Virus record (IMG/VR): IMGVR_UViG_3300048911_000095
Span: 1,188-65,187 of that record
Direction: 5' to 3' (one strand)
DNA from: a virus
Taxonomy: Duplodnaviria > Caudoviricetes
Length of the DNA stretch: 64,000 nucleotides
Position numbers and translations under genes: made by a program. Under the pieces are notes generated by a model. That model did no database searches, had not been told where the DNA came from, and worked only from the letters and a program-made list of their open reading frames with translations. Of the stretch, positions 10,757 through 20,513 are shown piece by piece; position 1 is the first letter of the stretch, and the number at the start of each line of letters is the position of its first letter.

Positions 10757-11377
10757 TTAACGGATGCGCAGATGCGTTCCCCGTGGTTCAAGGATCGCAA
10801 AACCGCCTAATTCAGAATCCAAGGTATTGAATTCGTTTTGCTGATCTGCGGTAAGTTTGTTGTAACCGATGGCTTTCAATTCAGCCAACCGCAATAAATC
10901 TTCTCGCATGTTATCGAGGTTTGGCTGAAATACAACGCGCCGATATTTTTCCGGTAATTCCTCGGGATATTTCTCAGCATATTCCGAGAGTTTTACTGGC
11001 ACGACACCGCCGTTGTTCTGAACATTGAAATTGAATCGAGGCGTTTTGATCGGTAAGGAGATCTGATCGCTCTGGCTGGTCAGAAAGCCTTTTACCCATT
11101 CCTTGATCCTTTTTGATTTGTGGCTGTCGGCCTTGGCCAGTGCCGTAAGTCGTGCAGCCTCGAAGTTCCGGCTCTCAACCCAATGATCGTATTCCTTGAC
11201 GATTGCACCGATACCGTCAAGCTTCAATTCGAGGTTCATCTGATTTTCGGCTTGCCACTTTTCAATGATCCCGGCAACCGCATCATCTGTAACATCGCCC
11301 TCGATTTCGTCAAGCAATGTTTCGAGTGTTTTGAAATCGTCGCCGATTTCGTAAAGTTTCCGTTCTACTTTTGCCAT
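10757..11377 (-). CDS. Siphovirus Gp157-like protein
   Basis: KLYEIGDDF N-terminus, coiled coil, C-terminal HLRIR. Confidence 0.75.
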   Translation of the reverse strand: MAKVERKLYEIGDDFKTLETLLDEIEGDVTDDAVAGIIEKWQAENQMNLELKLDGIGAIVKEYDHWVESRNFEAARLTALAKADSHKSKRIKEWVKGFLTSQSDQISLPIKTPRFNFNVQNNGGVVPVKLSEYAEKYPEELPEKYRRVVFQPNLDNMREDLLRLAELKAIGYNKLTADQQNEFNTLDSELGGFAILEPRGTHLRIR

Positions 11378-11396
11378 GTAACTTTCCTCCGTGTGT

Positions 11397-11666
11397 TTAT
11401 AATTGAACTAAAAATTGATGCAACCACACCGCCCTGGCTTGGTGGTAGCATGTTTGCTTTTGTAATGATCCTAAACAGGTGCAAGCAACGAAACACTGGC
11501 CGTCATCGGTTTGACCAATGCGGACCTCATAAGGTTCAGGCTTGGAACCTGTAACGAGATAGACGCCCGGTTCTTTCAATGTAATCCGCGGCCGTTTTTT
11601 GTCCGCTTTGAGCATTGAAGTCGCCAGCAAAGCCTCTAATTCCTTAAGGGTTTTTCCTTTAATCAT
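11397..11666 (-). CDS. SWIM zinc-finger protein
   Basis: YEVRI...CTC-x8-CYH; start moved to ATG 11666. Confidence 0.7.
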   Translation of the reverse strand: MIKGKTLKELEALLATSMLKADKKRPRITLKEPGVYLVTGSKPEPYEVRIGQTDDGQCFVACTCLGSLQKQTCYHQARAVWLHQFLVQL

Positions 11667-11698
11667 TTTGCCTATCAAACCTTTTTCGCGAATATCAC

Positions 11699-11726
11699 TT
11701 TATACCTCAGAGGTAAGATTGGTCAA
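11699..11726 (-). promoter_or_regulatory. sigma70-like promoter with a palindrome in the spacer
   Basis: TTGACC-N16-TATAAA on the minus strand; TACCTCAGAGGTA palindrome at 11703-11715. Confidence 0.55.
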
Positions 11727-12121
11727 GCGGTTTTAGATCGTTCGGCTTTTACCTCATGCCACCAGCCTAGAAGCGGTAAAAGATCATCTGGACTTGCAAA
11801 TGGAACGCTATCAAGTGAAACATCCAATCCGGCGGTCGCTGCATTCATGAAAGCGCTGAACTTTTTCAATGCATCGATGCTGGCGACGATCCTTTGGCCG
11901 TCCGGCGTTGACATACCGACATCCAGTAAGGCACCGCCGATGCCAGCCCTGAACAGTTCGTCATCGTCGGTTGTCATGAAATTACTATCCAAGACGGCTT
12001 TCATTGAAGCTTTGATTTTATTCTCTAAGCCATCAACCCCGGCCGCCGCCTGTTTTCCGAATGTTGAATTGACTGCTAATACCGTGTCGCGGTTATTCAT
12101 CTGTATTTTCCCTTTGGCCAT
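11723..12121 (-). CDS. hypothetical protein
   Basis: 132-aa ORF, co-oriented. Confidence 0.55.
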   Translation of the reverse strand: MAKGKIQMNNRDTVLAVNSTFGKQAAAGVDGLENKIKASMKAVLDSNFMTTDDDELFRAGIGGALLDVGMSTPDGQRIVASIDALKKFSAFMNAATAGLDVSLDSVPFASPDDLLPLLGWWHEVKAERSKTA

Positions 12122-12155
12122 TAGAGGCCGTCTGAGCCGTTTGTATCGGCAACCC

Positions 12156-12368
12156 TTAGTTAGAGGCGTATAAGTACCAGAAAAGCAGTGAGATCGCGAT
12201 TATGATGCAAATACAGCCTATTGCGAGACTGCCAGAACCTTGCCTTGGTCCGTATCCTTGCCGTTCCTGCCATTGCCTCACAAAATGCCGTGATCGATGC
12301 TCTTGATCTTCGACCCCTAGTGAATTTAGAAATTCATTTCGTTTACGCTGAAATTTATTTTGTTTCAT
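12156..12368 (-). CDS. small membrane protein
   Basis: C-terminal hydrophobic segment. Confidence 0.5.
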   Translation of the reverse strand: MKQNKFQRKRNEFLNSLGVEDQEHRSRHFVRQWQERQGYGPRQGSGSLAIGCICIIIAISLLFWYLYASN

Positions 12369-12636
12369 CGTTTTTCTCCACCGTGATTTCGTCTTTCTTG
12401 ATCCGGTTTATCGTATGTACTGCCCAACGAAAACCGCATCTCAAACTGCAAAACAAATTGCTATCGTCATAGCCGTATGTATCATAAAAAGCATATTCTG
12501 ATTCGTACTGACTTCTGGCCATGTGTACCTTTGTTTTGATTGGAGATCGCCCGAGATGCTTTGCCCAAAATTCATCGTTCGGATGCCAGTTGCCTACCAA
12601 TACTTTGCCGCAAGACTGACATTTAGGATTTGCCAT
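12355..12636 (-). CDS. zinc-finger hypothetical protein
   Basis: CQSC and FCSLRC; GGAGG RBS. Confidence 0.6.
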   Translation of the reverse strand: MANPKCQSCGKVLVGNWHPNDEFWAKHLGRSPIKTKVHMARSQYESEYAFYDTYGYDDSNLFCSLRCGFRWAVHTINRIKKDEITVEKNDETK

Positions 12637-12658
12637 TTTTTAACCTCCGAGAGAATAA

Positions 12659-12693
12659 GAAAGGCGGGAAGTAATTAGCTTTCGCCGCCTTTC
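12659..12693 (-). terminator. putative intrinsic terminator after the SSAP-like gene
   Basis: GAAAGGCGG/CCGCCTTTC 9-bp inverted repeat. Confidence 0.5.
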
Positions 12694-12739
12694 GGTTATG
12701 CGATTATAGGCTGCGTGACCTCTATCGCGATCTTGTAAG

Positions 12740-13933
12740 TTACCGTAGATTGTCAAGCCTCAATTCCAGATCCGATATCAACGTATCCCACTGACCTTGA
12801 TTGTCAAACGACCTCACACTGTCGGCAACCTCGAACATCGGGTTTACGTAATCGGCCAGTGTAATAGGTCCCCACTTCGTGGAATCACCGGCCGCGTTAA
12901 GATCACGCATCAACTCGACAACCCGAACAAGAGAATCAGGAAACTTGGCCATGATCTCTTTTTGTAAGTTCCTCTGTTCCCACGGCAGCTTTGCATCTGC
13001 CTCAATGTCGAATTGTGGTTGAGGCTCAACCGCCGGAGCTGTAGCTGGTGGCGGCGCATCTTTCGTCTTGGCGTTATTCCTTTGCCGTGGCGGTGCTTTC
13101 TGAGTTGATGTATTCGCCGGAGAAGTTTGACGGTTTTGCTGTGTGCTCTGTGCAGCCTGTCGATCAATGCCTACGGCGTCGGCAATGTGCGATTCGTCAA
13201 CGTCCTGTGTAAACAGTTCCGAGACTAACGGCAACTTTGTAGCCGCCGCCACGGATGCCCTTTTGTCCGACATCTTTATAACCGTGTTCCATAGGTCCGC
13301 AAGGTTCTCGTTTTCGATCTTACCAAGAACTTGCTCGGTTATGCGCTTATCATCAAAAGCGAAATTGGCACCGCATCCACCGGCCTTGTCGTAACAGTAA
13401 AATCCTGGCGGTTCGTCTGGATCGTGTTTGGGCGGGAACTTGCTCTTTTTGACCGTGCCTTTTCCTTTGCACTCGGGACATTCCCGATCGGCGTTCCTGT
13501 ATCGCCATTTACTTTCGTATGTAGTAGCCAAGCCGTCGCCAGTGGCAACGATGTTGCCGTTACGATCCACAAGGTTGACGCGAGTTGTAACCGTCAAATG
13601 ATCTGACCCTGGATGATAGACCTTTTCGACAATCGGCGGTGCCAATGTCACCTTGAACAGTGAGCACAGGTTAAGCGCACCTTCTTTCGAAATGGCTGGC
13701 CGTGTCGATCCTGATATCACGTAATAGTGATGATCTGGCTGCATGGCCTCTTTGGTGTACGTAACGATGATATTACGCATGGCCGTTTCTTTCTCGATCT
13801 GCTTGGCCAGCGTTTCCGGCGTCCAATCCAAATCCGCGGCCGTTGCCAACGCCCTGGTTTGTCCAACCTGTAAGGATGTATTACCGCTTTTCACGTCCTC
13901 AAATTCTGCATCTATTGGTTCGTTTTCTACCAT
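12740..13933 (-). CDS. putative single-strand annealing recombinase with an inserted zinc ribbon
   Basis: ESKWRY...CPEC...C-x5-C...NTVIKMSDKRASVAA...FTQD; lies near the Gp157-like gene. Confidence 0.5.
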   Translation of the reverse strand: MVENEPIDAEFEDVKSGNTSLQVGQTRALATAADLDWTPETLAKQIEKETAMRNIIVTYTKEAMQPDHHYYVISGSTRPAISKEGALNLCSLFKVTLAPPIVEKVYHPGSDHLTVTTRVNLVDRNGNIVATGDGLATTYESKWRYRNADRECPECKGKGTVKKSKFPPKHDPDEPPGFYCYDKAGGCGANFAFDDKRITEQVLGKIENENLADLWNTVIKMSDKRASVAAATKLPLVSELFTQDVDESHIADAVGIDRQAAQSTQQNRQTSPANTSTQKAPPRQRNNAKTKDAPPPATAPAVEPQPQFDIEADAKLPWEQRNLQKEIMAKFPDSLVRVVELMRDLNAAGDSTKWGPITLADYVNPMFEVADSVRSFDNQGQWDTLISDLELRLDNLR

Positions 13934-13982
13934 GTGTGTTTTCTCCCTTTTCCGTCTGTCTAAAATCAGGCTTGTAATTATA

Positions 13983-14210
13983 TCACCGTTTCGGCCTTGT
14001 GTTTATATCGTATGGTTCGAAAATCGTTCTGTAATGTTCCTCGCCATCCGCATCGACGGCCAAAGGATCGTCGCCCTCGCACCAGCCCTCTACATCGTAA
14101 TCATGTATCTCGACGGTGTAACCGTTCGGGACTCCGATAACAGTTTCAACAACGCCACCCTCAAGCCGGACGATGATCTTTTTGTTTGCCTTTGCTTTCT
14201 TATCTGCCAT
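13983..14210 (-). CDS. hypothetical protein
   Basis: IIVRLEGGVV...VEIHDYD small acidic phage protein. Confidence 0.6.
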   Translation of the reverse strand: MADKKAKANKKIIVRLEGGVVETVIGVPNGYTVEIHDYDVEGWCEGDDPLAVDADGEEHYRTIFEPYDINTRPKR

Positions 14211-14231
14211 TTTTCCTCCGTTGTTTTGTGC

Positions 14232-14609
14232 TTACGCCAAGACTGTAATTTGATACTCCAACTTTCTCGCCCTGTTCTCAATTTGCTGTGCGACCTCGGC
14301 GACCTTATCCCACTTTTCGTAACTGATCGCTATTTTTACGTCATCCGCAAGCTGATACAGTTCCGTTTTGACTTTCTTGTATTCCTCGCCGTGCCTCTCG
14401 ACGGCGTAAACCTTTTTCACAAGTCCAGATTCTAGCAGCTTGGTTTGCGTCTTTTCCGGCATGCCGTAGAACAGGACGCGCTTGTCTGGCCTTACTTCGG
14501 CCTCTTTTAATAGTCTTTGCTGTGCTGGTGTAAGATCCATTTTTCCTCCGTTTCGATCTGTAAAATAGGCGGGATCGCCCATACAATCCCGCCTTTGGAA
14601 CGTTCTCAC
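14232..14609 (-). CDS. hypothetical protein
   Basis: Co-oriented ORF; true start may be downstream. Confidence 0.5.
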   Translation of the reverse strand: MRTFQRRDCMGDPAYFTDRNGGKMDLTPAQQRLLKEAEVRPDKRVLFYGMPEKTQTKLLESGLVKKVYAVERHGEEYKKVKTELYQLADDVKIAISYEKWDKVAEVAQQIENRARKLEYQITVLA

Positions 14610-14792
14610 ATTTTAATCAAGTATTTACGTCCTTTTCATCCACTCACCTCCATTTTTAGTTTGTAAAATCCCGCCCTTTGTTCGTTCCCTCCCCTTGTTC
14701 GTTAAGCTGTGATTGTCGGCGCTGTATCTCGATCAGCATTTTAACGCTGGCTAGGATCATGGCCGACAATGAAATAAGTATGAATGTAATTC

Positions 14793-15323
14793 TCATGCGC
14801 CGACCTCGCTAGATAGATCAGCCCTTTGCCAGAGAATGGCGGCGTTGGCGTGGTATCGTTCGCGGTCGTTTGTCACCTGAAAATATTCGAGCTCTGGCCA
14901 TTTAATGCATTGAGGTAGGCTGGCATATTTCAAAACGTATGTATGGCCGCCTTGGTTGTAACAAGTCGGGTGCACGTAGTTTGTTTTGTACCAACCGCCT
15001 TGCTCGATGTATCGAGGCGCATACGTTTCGCCGTTCTCAAGTTTCCAAATTCCCTTGGCGACGTTTTCATCACGGATCAATTGTTCGACCTCGCTGCGGA
15101 GATCCGTGTAAATGCCAACCCGAACAAGTTCGTATCGATACCCGTTGATCTTAGCGTTACGGATCGCATTGCCGCCGCGTAAGTGTATGCCGTGATTCTT
15201 GCCACCGCATGAGCAACGGCAAATTTCCTCTTTTGCTTTCCAACATGAATCACCGCAAGTGATATCCGAGAAGTATGCACGGACGCGCGCCCGATCCATT
15301 TTTGTAACCGTTGTATTTTCCAT
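14793..15323 (-). CDS. Cys/His-rich early protein
   Basis: CGDSC...CRCSCGGKNHG; start moved to ATG 15323 after GGAGG. Confidence 0.6.
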   Translation of the reverse strand: MENTTVTKMDRARVRAYFSDITCGDSCWKAKEEICRCSCGGKNHGIHLRGGNAIRNAKINGYRYELVRVGIYTDLRSEVEQLIRDENVAKGIWKLENGETYAPRYIEQGGWYKTNYVHPTCYNQGGHTYVLKYASLPQCIKWPELEYFQVTNDRERYHANAAILWQRADLSSEVGA

Positions 15324-15366
15324 TTTGCCTTGTATCCTCCGAGAGTGTTGGGAACCGCCCAACAAG

Positions 15367-15915
15367 TTAAACCCAAGCCGATTCTGAGGCTTTGCCAATG
15401 ACGAAATACCGCCACGTTTCCTTTTCGTCCTGAGTCATCATAACGGCCAAGCCGTCTTTGCTGACTGTGAAGCCCTTTATCTCGTTTCCGAGGTAAAGAA
15501 ACTGGTTGTTTGTATTCCACAGCGCCGGTAACTCTGAACCGGATGTGTAAGGCAAGCCCAAATGTTCGTCAATATCCGACATTAAGCGAAACTCGCAAGC
15601 TTTGCCCTGGTGATTTGTCCAGATGCGTTGACCGTTGAAAAACTTTGAGATTGTACGGCGTAGAGATTTGATAAGCCGGTCCGACATCTCGGAAACCATA
15701 TCGTTATCGTTGGCCGGTATTTCGACAGAGTTTAGCGCTTGTGGAAAATCGTAGGGCTTGCCGTTAACCGCGACATTGCCGAATATTTCGTATTGATCGT
15801 AAAAAGCTTGCGCGAAATCTTTGTCATTGACTGCGCTTATTGTTTCCTCGATGCGGTAATATGTCCCGATCGCTCCGGCCTGTCGGCCTTTGAAAGTAAC
15901 GTTAAATGTTCTCAT
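15367..15915 (-). CDS. hypothetical early protein
   Basis: Start moved to ATG 15915 (ATGA overlap with the upstream stop). Confidence 0.6.
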   Translation of the reverse strand: MRTFNVTFKGRQAGAIGTYYRIEETISAVNDKDFAQAFYDQYEIFGNVAVNGKPYDFPQALNSVEIPANDNDMVSEMSDRLIKSLRRTISKFFNGQRIWTNHQGKACEFRLMSDIDEHLGLPYTSGSELPALWNTNNQFLYLGNEIKGFTVSKDGLAVMMTQDEKETWRYFVIGKASESAWV

Positions 15916-16550
15916 GATCTTTTTATCCTCCGTGCTGCCTGTTCTCTTTTGTCCCAATATGGATCGTAAGCGAAAGCAATTTCATACCATTGCTTTCCGT
16001 CGATCTGGCTTGTAAATTGTCGCAACGTCGATTTGTGGCCGTGAAGCTTTACCAGCTCCGCGCTTATAGCATTGACCGGAATATATAAATCGCTGCAATG
16101 GCTGGCGATCTCCAAGCCAGCTAAGACGGCCTTTTGATGTATCGATACGAAGCTATCGAAATAAGATCTCAAATCGGCCAAGCTATCAAAATACTTGATA
16201 TCATTTGACGGCGTATAGTTGACCATCTCGCGCCCTGGTATTTCGATCCCGTCAAAGCCACACGCTAAAACAGCTTGTTGCATCTGGTCAACGTCTGGAA
16301 AGTCCTGCCGGAAAATTTCAAGCGTGTTAGTCGTTTGAAACTTCTTAGGATTTAATGGCCGTGCGTTGAGCACAAAGTAAACCTTGCCGTAACTCTTTGC
16401 CATTGCCTTATTGCTCAAATGACACGTGTACAAACCTTTGCCCCATGATCCGAAAACGCCGTTCTCTGGCTGTAATTTGCCATTGCGCAATCCTCGCAAC
16501 GTGACGTTTTTCCGTTTCCATTTGTTGAATAGTGTATCTGTAAAATTCAT
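15912..16550 (-). CDS. putative ADP-ribosyltransferase (ART-PolyVal-like)
   Basis: TLRG / WGKGLY / AKSYGKVYFV / GFDGI...EMVNY-P motif order. Confidence 0.55.
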   Translation of the reverse strand: MNFTDTLFNKWKRKNVTLRGLRNGKLQPENGVFGSWGKGLYTCHLSNKAMAKSYGKVYFVLNARPLNPKKFQTTNTLEIFRQDFPDVDQMQQAVLACGFDGIEIPGREMVNYTPSNDIKYFDSLADLRSYFDSFVSIHQKAVLAGLEIASHCSDLYIPVNAISAELVKLHGHKSTLRQFTSQIDGKQWYEIAFAYDPYWDKREQAARRIKRS

Positions 16551-16569
16551 TGCCTTGCCTCCGATCTTT

Positions 16570-16896
16570 CTATAAATCCTTTTCCGTGGGAACGTCCACA
16601 ACCTCGAACACAAACTTGCCGCGGTTATCCATTACGAATTGATTAAAGGCGCTTTGATCTGAGTCAAAGCCGTTAATCAACGCGCCGTCATTCGACCAGT
16701 AACCCGCGGACTGTAGGACTTTGAAGCCCATTTGCCTGTAATAATCGCCATAACCGCCGTCAATGGTCGTTCCAAGGTGTTTGCCGTTAACGTAAACTGA
16801 AACGCTGGTGTAAGTATTTCCGGCGGATTTTCTAAACCAGCGCCGGCCAATCATCACGCACCATTGAATTTTCTTTATTCTTTTTGCCATTGTCAT
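16570..16896 (-). CDS. hypothetical early protein
   Basis: RWF...GNTYTSVSVYVNG...GYGDYY; GAGAGGCA RBS. Confidence 0.65.
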   Translation of the reverse strand: MTMAKRIKKIQWCVMIGRRWFRKSAGNTYTSVSVYVNGKHLGTTIDGGYGDYYRQMGFKVLQSAGYWSNDGALINGFDSDQSAFNQFVMDNRGKFVFEVVDVPTEKDL

Positions 16897-17082
16897 TGCC
16901 TCTCTTTTGTCTGATCTGTTAAACCGTTTCCGGCCTGTTAAAGAATTGCCTTATCTCGGATTGCTTTCTTGTCTGCATTGCTTCCAGTGTTTCGGCCAGC
17001 CAATTCGACCGGACCGGCTTTGCCTTTTCCTGGATCTCCACGGCTTGCAATTCGGCCGGGACCTGGTTTCGCTTAATGATCT

Positions 17083-17448
17083 TTATGCCTCGATTTTGCA
17101 TGTGTTTCTGTTTTTCCTTGTGTCCTTTGGATCGATTTGCGCCTTTTTGCCTGTAGGCTTTCGGAATAGCCATAAATCCTTAAACATGTCATCTAACTGG
17201 TACTGGTACTCAAACACGGCTGCCAATTCAGTCGGCAAATTTGGCACATAACCAACGCTTGAGTTTTCGTGCGTTATCCTGATCTTGCCAGCGCCTAAGT
17301 CCTCGATTATCCAAAGCCAGTTACCGTGATAACGGAAAATGATGTAATCGGCGTAATGCTTTTCTATCGAATATCCGAGGTAATGCGCCTCGATTGCCGC
17401 TTGGATTTTCCTCTTTGCGTATGTAAATAATTTACTTGCCATTGTCAT
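17083..17448 (-). CDS. hypothetical early protein
   Basis: GGAGGCA-ATG at 17448. Confidence 0.6.
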   Translation of the reverse strand: MTMASKLFTYAKRKIQAAIEAHYLGYSIEKHYADYIIFRYHGNWLWIIEDLGAGKIRITHENSSVGYVPNLPTELAAVFEYQYQLDDMFKDLWLFRKPTGKKAQIDPKDTRKNRNTCKIEA

Positions 17449-17662
17449 TGCCTCCGTTTTCAAGTTGGCAAAAGTCATACATAGCCCCCTGCCAGAGAAA
17501 ACAACCTTTATCTATGCCGATGGTTTGAACGTCGCCATCTTTTTGTGTGAAAAGGATGTAAGAATTTTGTTCGAAAAACGGCTCAAAATACACAACGTTT
17601 TCTATCAAAACTTTGCGAACGTTCTCGGTATCCACGATTTGTCTACGCAGTAATATATTCAT
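17432..17662 (-). CDS. hypothetical early protein
   Basis: GGAGGAAAAGG RBS. Confidence 0.55.
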   Translation of the reverse strand: MNILLRRQIVDTENVRKVLIENVVYFEPFFEQNSYILFTQKDGDVQTIGIDKGCFLWQGAMYDFCQLENGGNDNGK

Positions 17663-17804
17663 GATTTTTCCTTTTCCTCCGATTCTGCTAATAAGTTCAC
17701 TACTAAAACCGTGTTTTTGAGCGATTAGAGGCTCTACGGCACGGTTTTAGGTGTCAACTAGTAGTTTGGTAAGGATGTGAGAGTGTAAGAGGCTTAAAAC
17801 GGCT

Positions 17805-18731
17805 CTATTCGCTTTTCGCGATAACGCCGATTCTATCCAATTCCCTTGCAAGTTCTATTTGCTTTTCAAAGGTCAGATAGTTGCCGTCTTTAATCATGCC
17901 GCCAGTGTACAAATGTTTAAACACATCTAGTACGGCTGTAACTGCTTTTTGACTTGGCTGCGGTTTTGGCTGTGCATTTACCAAGTCCTCAAGGATGTTT
18001 GCACGTTCTGACATATCCGCAATTTCGCCACCGATCCGCGCAAAGCCTTTCCGCATTTCATCCGCCATTTGATCCGAGTCCGCCATTTCACTCTGTACTT
18101 CGCCATAATCCTGAATCGCTTGGCCGAATTCCTTTAGCGCCTGTTCGATGCTGTATCCGTATTGTGAAAAGATATCGCGCATATCAAACACGCGAGGATT
18201 AACGGTATTTGTCGGCGCGTCCTGATCCGTTATCGGCTTGTAGTGAGTTAGAAAATCATCTATTTGAAAAGCCATTCTTTCGGCCAATATTTCAATTGGC
18301 GTATCGGCGAAACTGTAATCAGTGTCAATGTAACCAAGGTCCGCGCCGTCTGGCGACGTGATAGACGCGCCCCATGTTTCGTTGTTATGTCCAAAGTCAA
18401 AATGCACGTCGGGAAAATCCTGACGTCTGACAAAGATCATATCCTGAAATTCGTGCGTAGCTGTAAAGCGACCGTAATTGTCGGCTATAAAGTCTGCTAG
18501 TTGCTCTGTCTTTTCTGAGATGTTCACCACGATTGCGTCCTTTCGCGCTTTGTACGCTTCAAACTCTGTGCATATCGAATCAACGATAATCACAGTTTCG
18601 AAAATGCACATCCTGATATTATGATTCACTGCTTCCACGTCTAATTGCCGTCCACCTTCTAACGTGTCGAAATAATCCTTTTCAGCCAATATTTCGTTTG
18701 TAATAGCTACTATTTCCGTGTCTGTTCTCAT
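17805..18731 (-). CDS. acidic hypothetical early protein
   Basis: Start moved to ATG 18731. Confidence 0.65.
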   Translation of the reverse strand: MRTDTEIVAITNEILAEKDYFDTLEGGRQLDVEAVNHNIRMCIFETVIIVDSICTEFEAYKARKDAIVVNISEKTEQLADFIADNYGRFTATHEFQDMIFVRRQDFPDVHFDFGHNNETWGASITSPDGADLGYIDTDYSFADTPIEILAERMAFQIDDFLTHYKPITDQDAPTNTVNPRVFDMRDIFSQYGYSIEQALKEFGQAIQDYGEVQSEMADSDQMADEMRKGFARIGGEIADMSERANILEDLVNAQPKPQPSQKAVTAVLDVFKHLYTGGMIKDGNYLTFEKQIELARELDRIGVIAKSE

Positions 18732-18750
18732 GATCTTTTTAACCTCTCTT

Positions 18751-19560
18751 TTATCTGACCTCTTTATACTTCCAAGCGCGTAAGGCAAACATTCGAATCT
18801 GTAAGGGTACGCGATTCTTGATGTAAACTTTTAGCTGTTCGATTCTTTCTCTCCGGCGTTGCTCTACCTCATAATCGATAAAACTTTTGGCCTCACTTAA
18901 AGCGTTATATTTACTGTCATAGTCGCCGAAAAAGCCGTAACAAGAATCTATTGTTTCGTTTTCTTCATCCTCGACGGCGTATCCGTAACAATTGCCAGTT
19001 ACCCAGTCACCAAAAAGGTCGATAGAACCTTTAAGATTGTCGGTATTTTGCCAGTATTCGGCATCGTTTCCGCATGCCTCTTGGAATTTCGGCGTTGCCA
19101 CGGCTAACACTTCCCAATAATCGCCTTGGCTGTATCCGCGCACGGATCGTAACAGAGCGGGTATGCCAGCCCACTTGTAAACATCCGCTAAAGCTTCCAA
19201 CCTGTCGGAATTGCCTAAATCATCGACGGCCTCAGTGATTCGGTCGTTGATAATTGGAACTAGGTTTACTGCAAAGCTAGAATCACGCAATTCGAACAAA
19301 CTCTTGGCTTCCAGGAATTTCAATATTTCGCCAAGGTTCGCTTTGATCTGTTCGCGCGTGAGGTCCGGTATCTCGTTAACGTTACCGTATTGTGTGGCAT
19401 ATTCCGTTATCGATGAACGGCTATGATCGTAACTAAGAACGGCTAAAGGCGGATTGCCGTCTTGAGTCTCAAACGGATTGTTATAAAATCCGTCAATATC
19501 CTGTTCTATGCGGATCGTAAAACCCTTGTACTGTTCGGTATAAACTTCATTTTCTGACAT
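18751..19560 (-). CDS. phage early protein of unknown function
   Basis: GNCYGYAVE...DSCYGFFG motif; GAGGAAAAGGCA RBS. Confidence 0.7.
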   Translation of the reverse strand: MSENEVYTEQYKGFTIRIEQDIDGFYNNPFETQDGNPPLAVLSYDHSRSSITEYATQYGNVNEIPDLTREQIKANLGEILKFLEAKSLFELRDSSFAVNLVPIINDRITEAVDDLGNSDRLEALADVYKWAGIPALLRSVRGYSQGDYWEVLAVATPKFQEACGNDAEYWQNTDNLKGSIDLFGDWVTGNCYGYAVEDEENETIDSCYGFFGDYDSKYNALSEAKSFIDYEVEQRRRERIEQLKVYIKNRVPLQIRMFALRAWKYKEVR

Positions 19561-19601
19561 TGCCTTTTCCTCTTTTCAGCCTTTTGCCTAGGCTGGTTGT
19601 C

Positions 19602-19787
19602 TTAGTTGCCTTTATGCGTTGATCGTTTTCGGTCAATTGAACTGGCATGATCTTTTTGTTTAGCCAGTAACGCGCTGGCTGATCCGGCTTGAACGATTTG
19701 CCAGCCGTGCGCCGTCATTACATCGATTCGCTTTTGATCGTATTCATTCCGAATTTGTACTTTTTGATATATCAGATTTTTTGCCAT
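19602..19787 (-). CDS. hypothetical early protein
   Basis: GAGGAAAAAGGCA RBS. Confidence 0.55.
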   Translation of the reverse strand: MAKNLIYQKVQIRNEYDQKRIDVMTAHGWQIVQAGSASALLAKQKDHASSIDRKRSTHKGN

Positions 19788-19980
19788 TGCCTTTTTCCTC
19801 CAAATTTTCTAGTTGTTTCAATTCTTGATACAGTTTTTCAGCCTGATAACGCATCCTGAAAAACTGGTATTGATTGCCGTCCGTGTCCGTCCAATTAACG
19901 AAAAATGACGGCTGGCTTTCTTGCAAGCGCCGTGCGCATGTGCCTTGATTAACATGGCGTATGTTTTGCCGTTTTTCCAT
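19744..19980 (-). CDS. hypothetical early protein
   Basis: GAGGTATAAGGCA RBS. Confidence 0.55.
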   Translation of the reverse strand: MEKRQNIRHVNQGTCARRLQESQPSFFVNWTDTDGNQYQFFRMRYQAEKLYQELKQLENLEEKGNGKKSDISKSTNSE

Positions 19981-19984
19981 TGCC

Positions 19985-20380
19985 TTATACCTCTTGATTT
20001 ATAATCGGTTCCACTTCGAAAAAGTCCTCGGGCAAATGATCCGATGTCACGTTATCGGCGTGGAATAGGCCAATCCAAGAATTATTGAACGGCATGCCGA
20101 CAAGCCATTCCCCTTGCTCTTGTATATAACCAGCCATAAGCCAAAGCATACGTCCTAAATTGGCGTCATTATCGGCTAATTCCTTATCATTCCATGCGCC
20201 GAATTCCGAAAGATATTGTCTGAGCTTATCCTGATCGTTAACCGCAAAAAACTCTTTAGCGCTTTCCACGTCCGAATCGCATTGGCCTTGGTGATGACAA
20301 GCCATTAACGCATCCTGATACTCAAGCGGTATATCATCCAAGGAATATTCATTGCCTATTTTAATTGTGATTTTTTCCAT
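19985..20380 (-). CDS. phage early protein of unknown function
   Basis: CHHQGQCD...FGAW..KELAD...N..RMLW motif. Confidence 0.65.
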   Translation of the reverse strand: MEKITIKIGNEYSLDDIPLEYQDALMACHHQGQCDSDVESAKEFFAVNDQDKLRQYLSEFGAWNDKELADNDANLGRMLWLMAGYIQEQGEWLVGMPFNNSWIGLFHADNVTSDHLPEDFFEVEPIINQEV

Positions 20381-20513
20381 TACCTTTTCCTCTTATTCGG
20401 AATTGTCCGAATCGTCATTGCCAGCCACCAGCCACATAAAGCCTATCAAGGCTATCAGCGCTAAATACCCGGGTACAATTTGCGTTATAAATTCCATTGC
20501 TTCATCCTCACTT

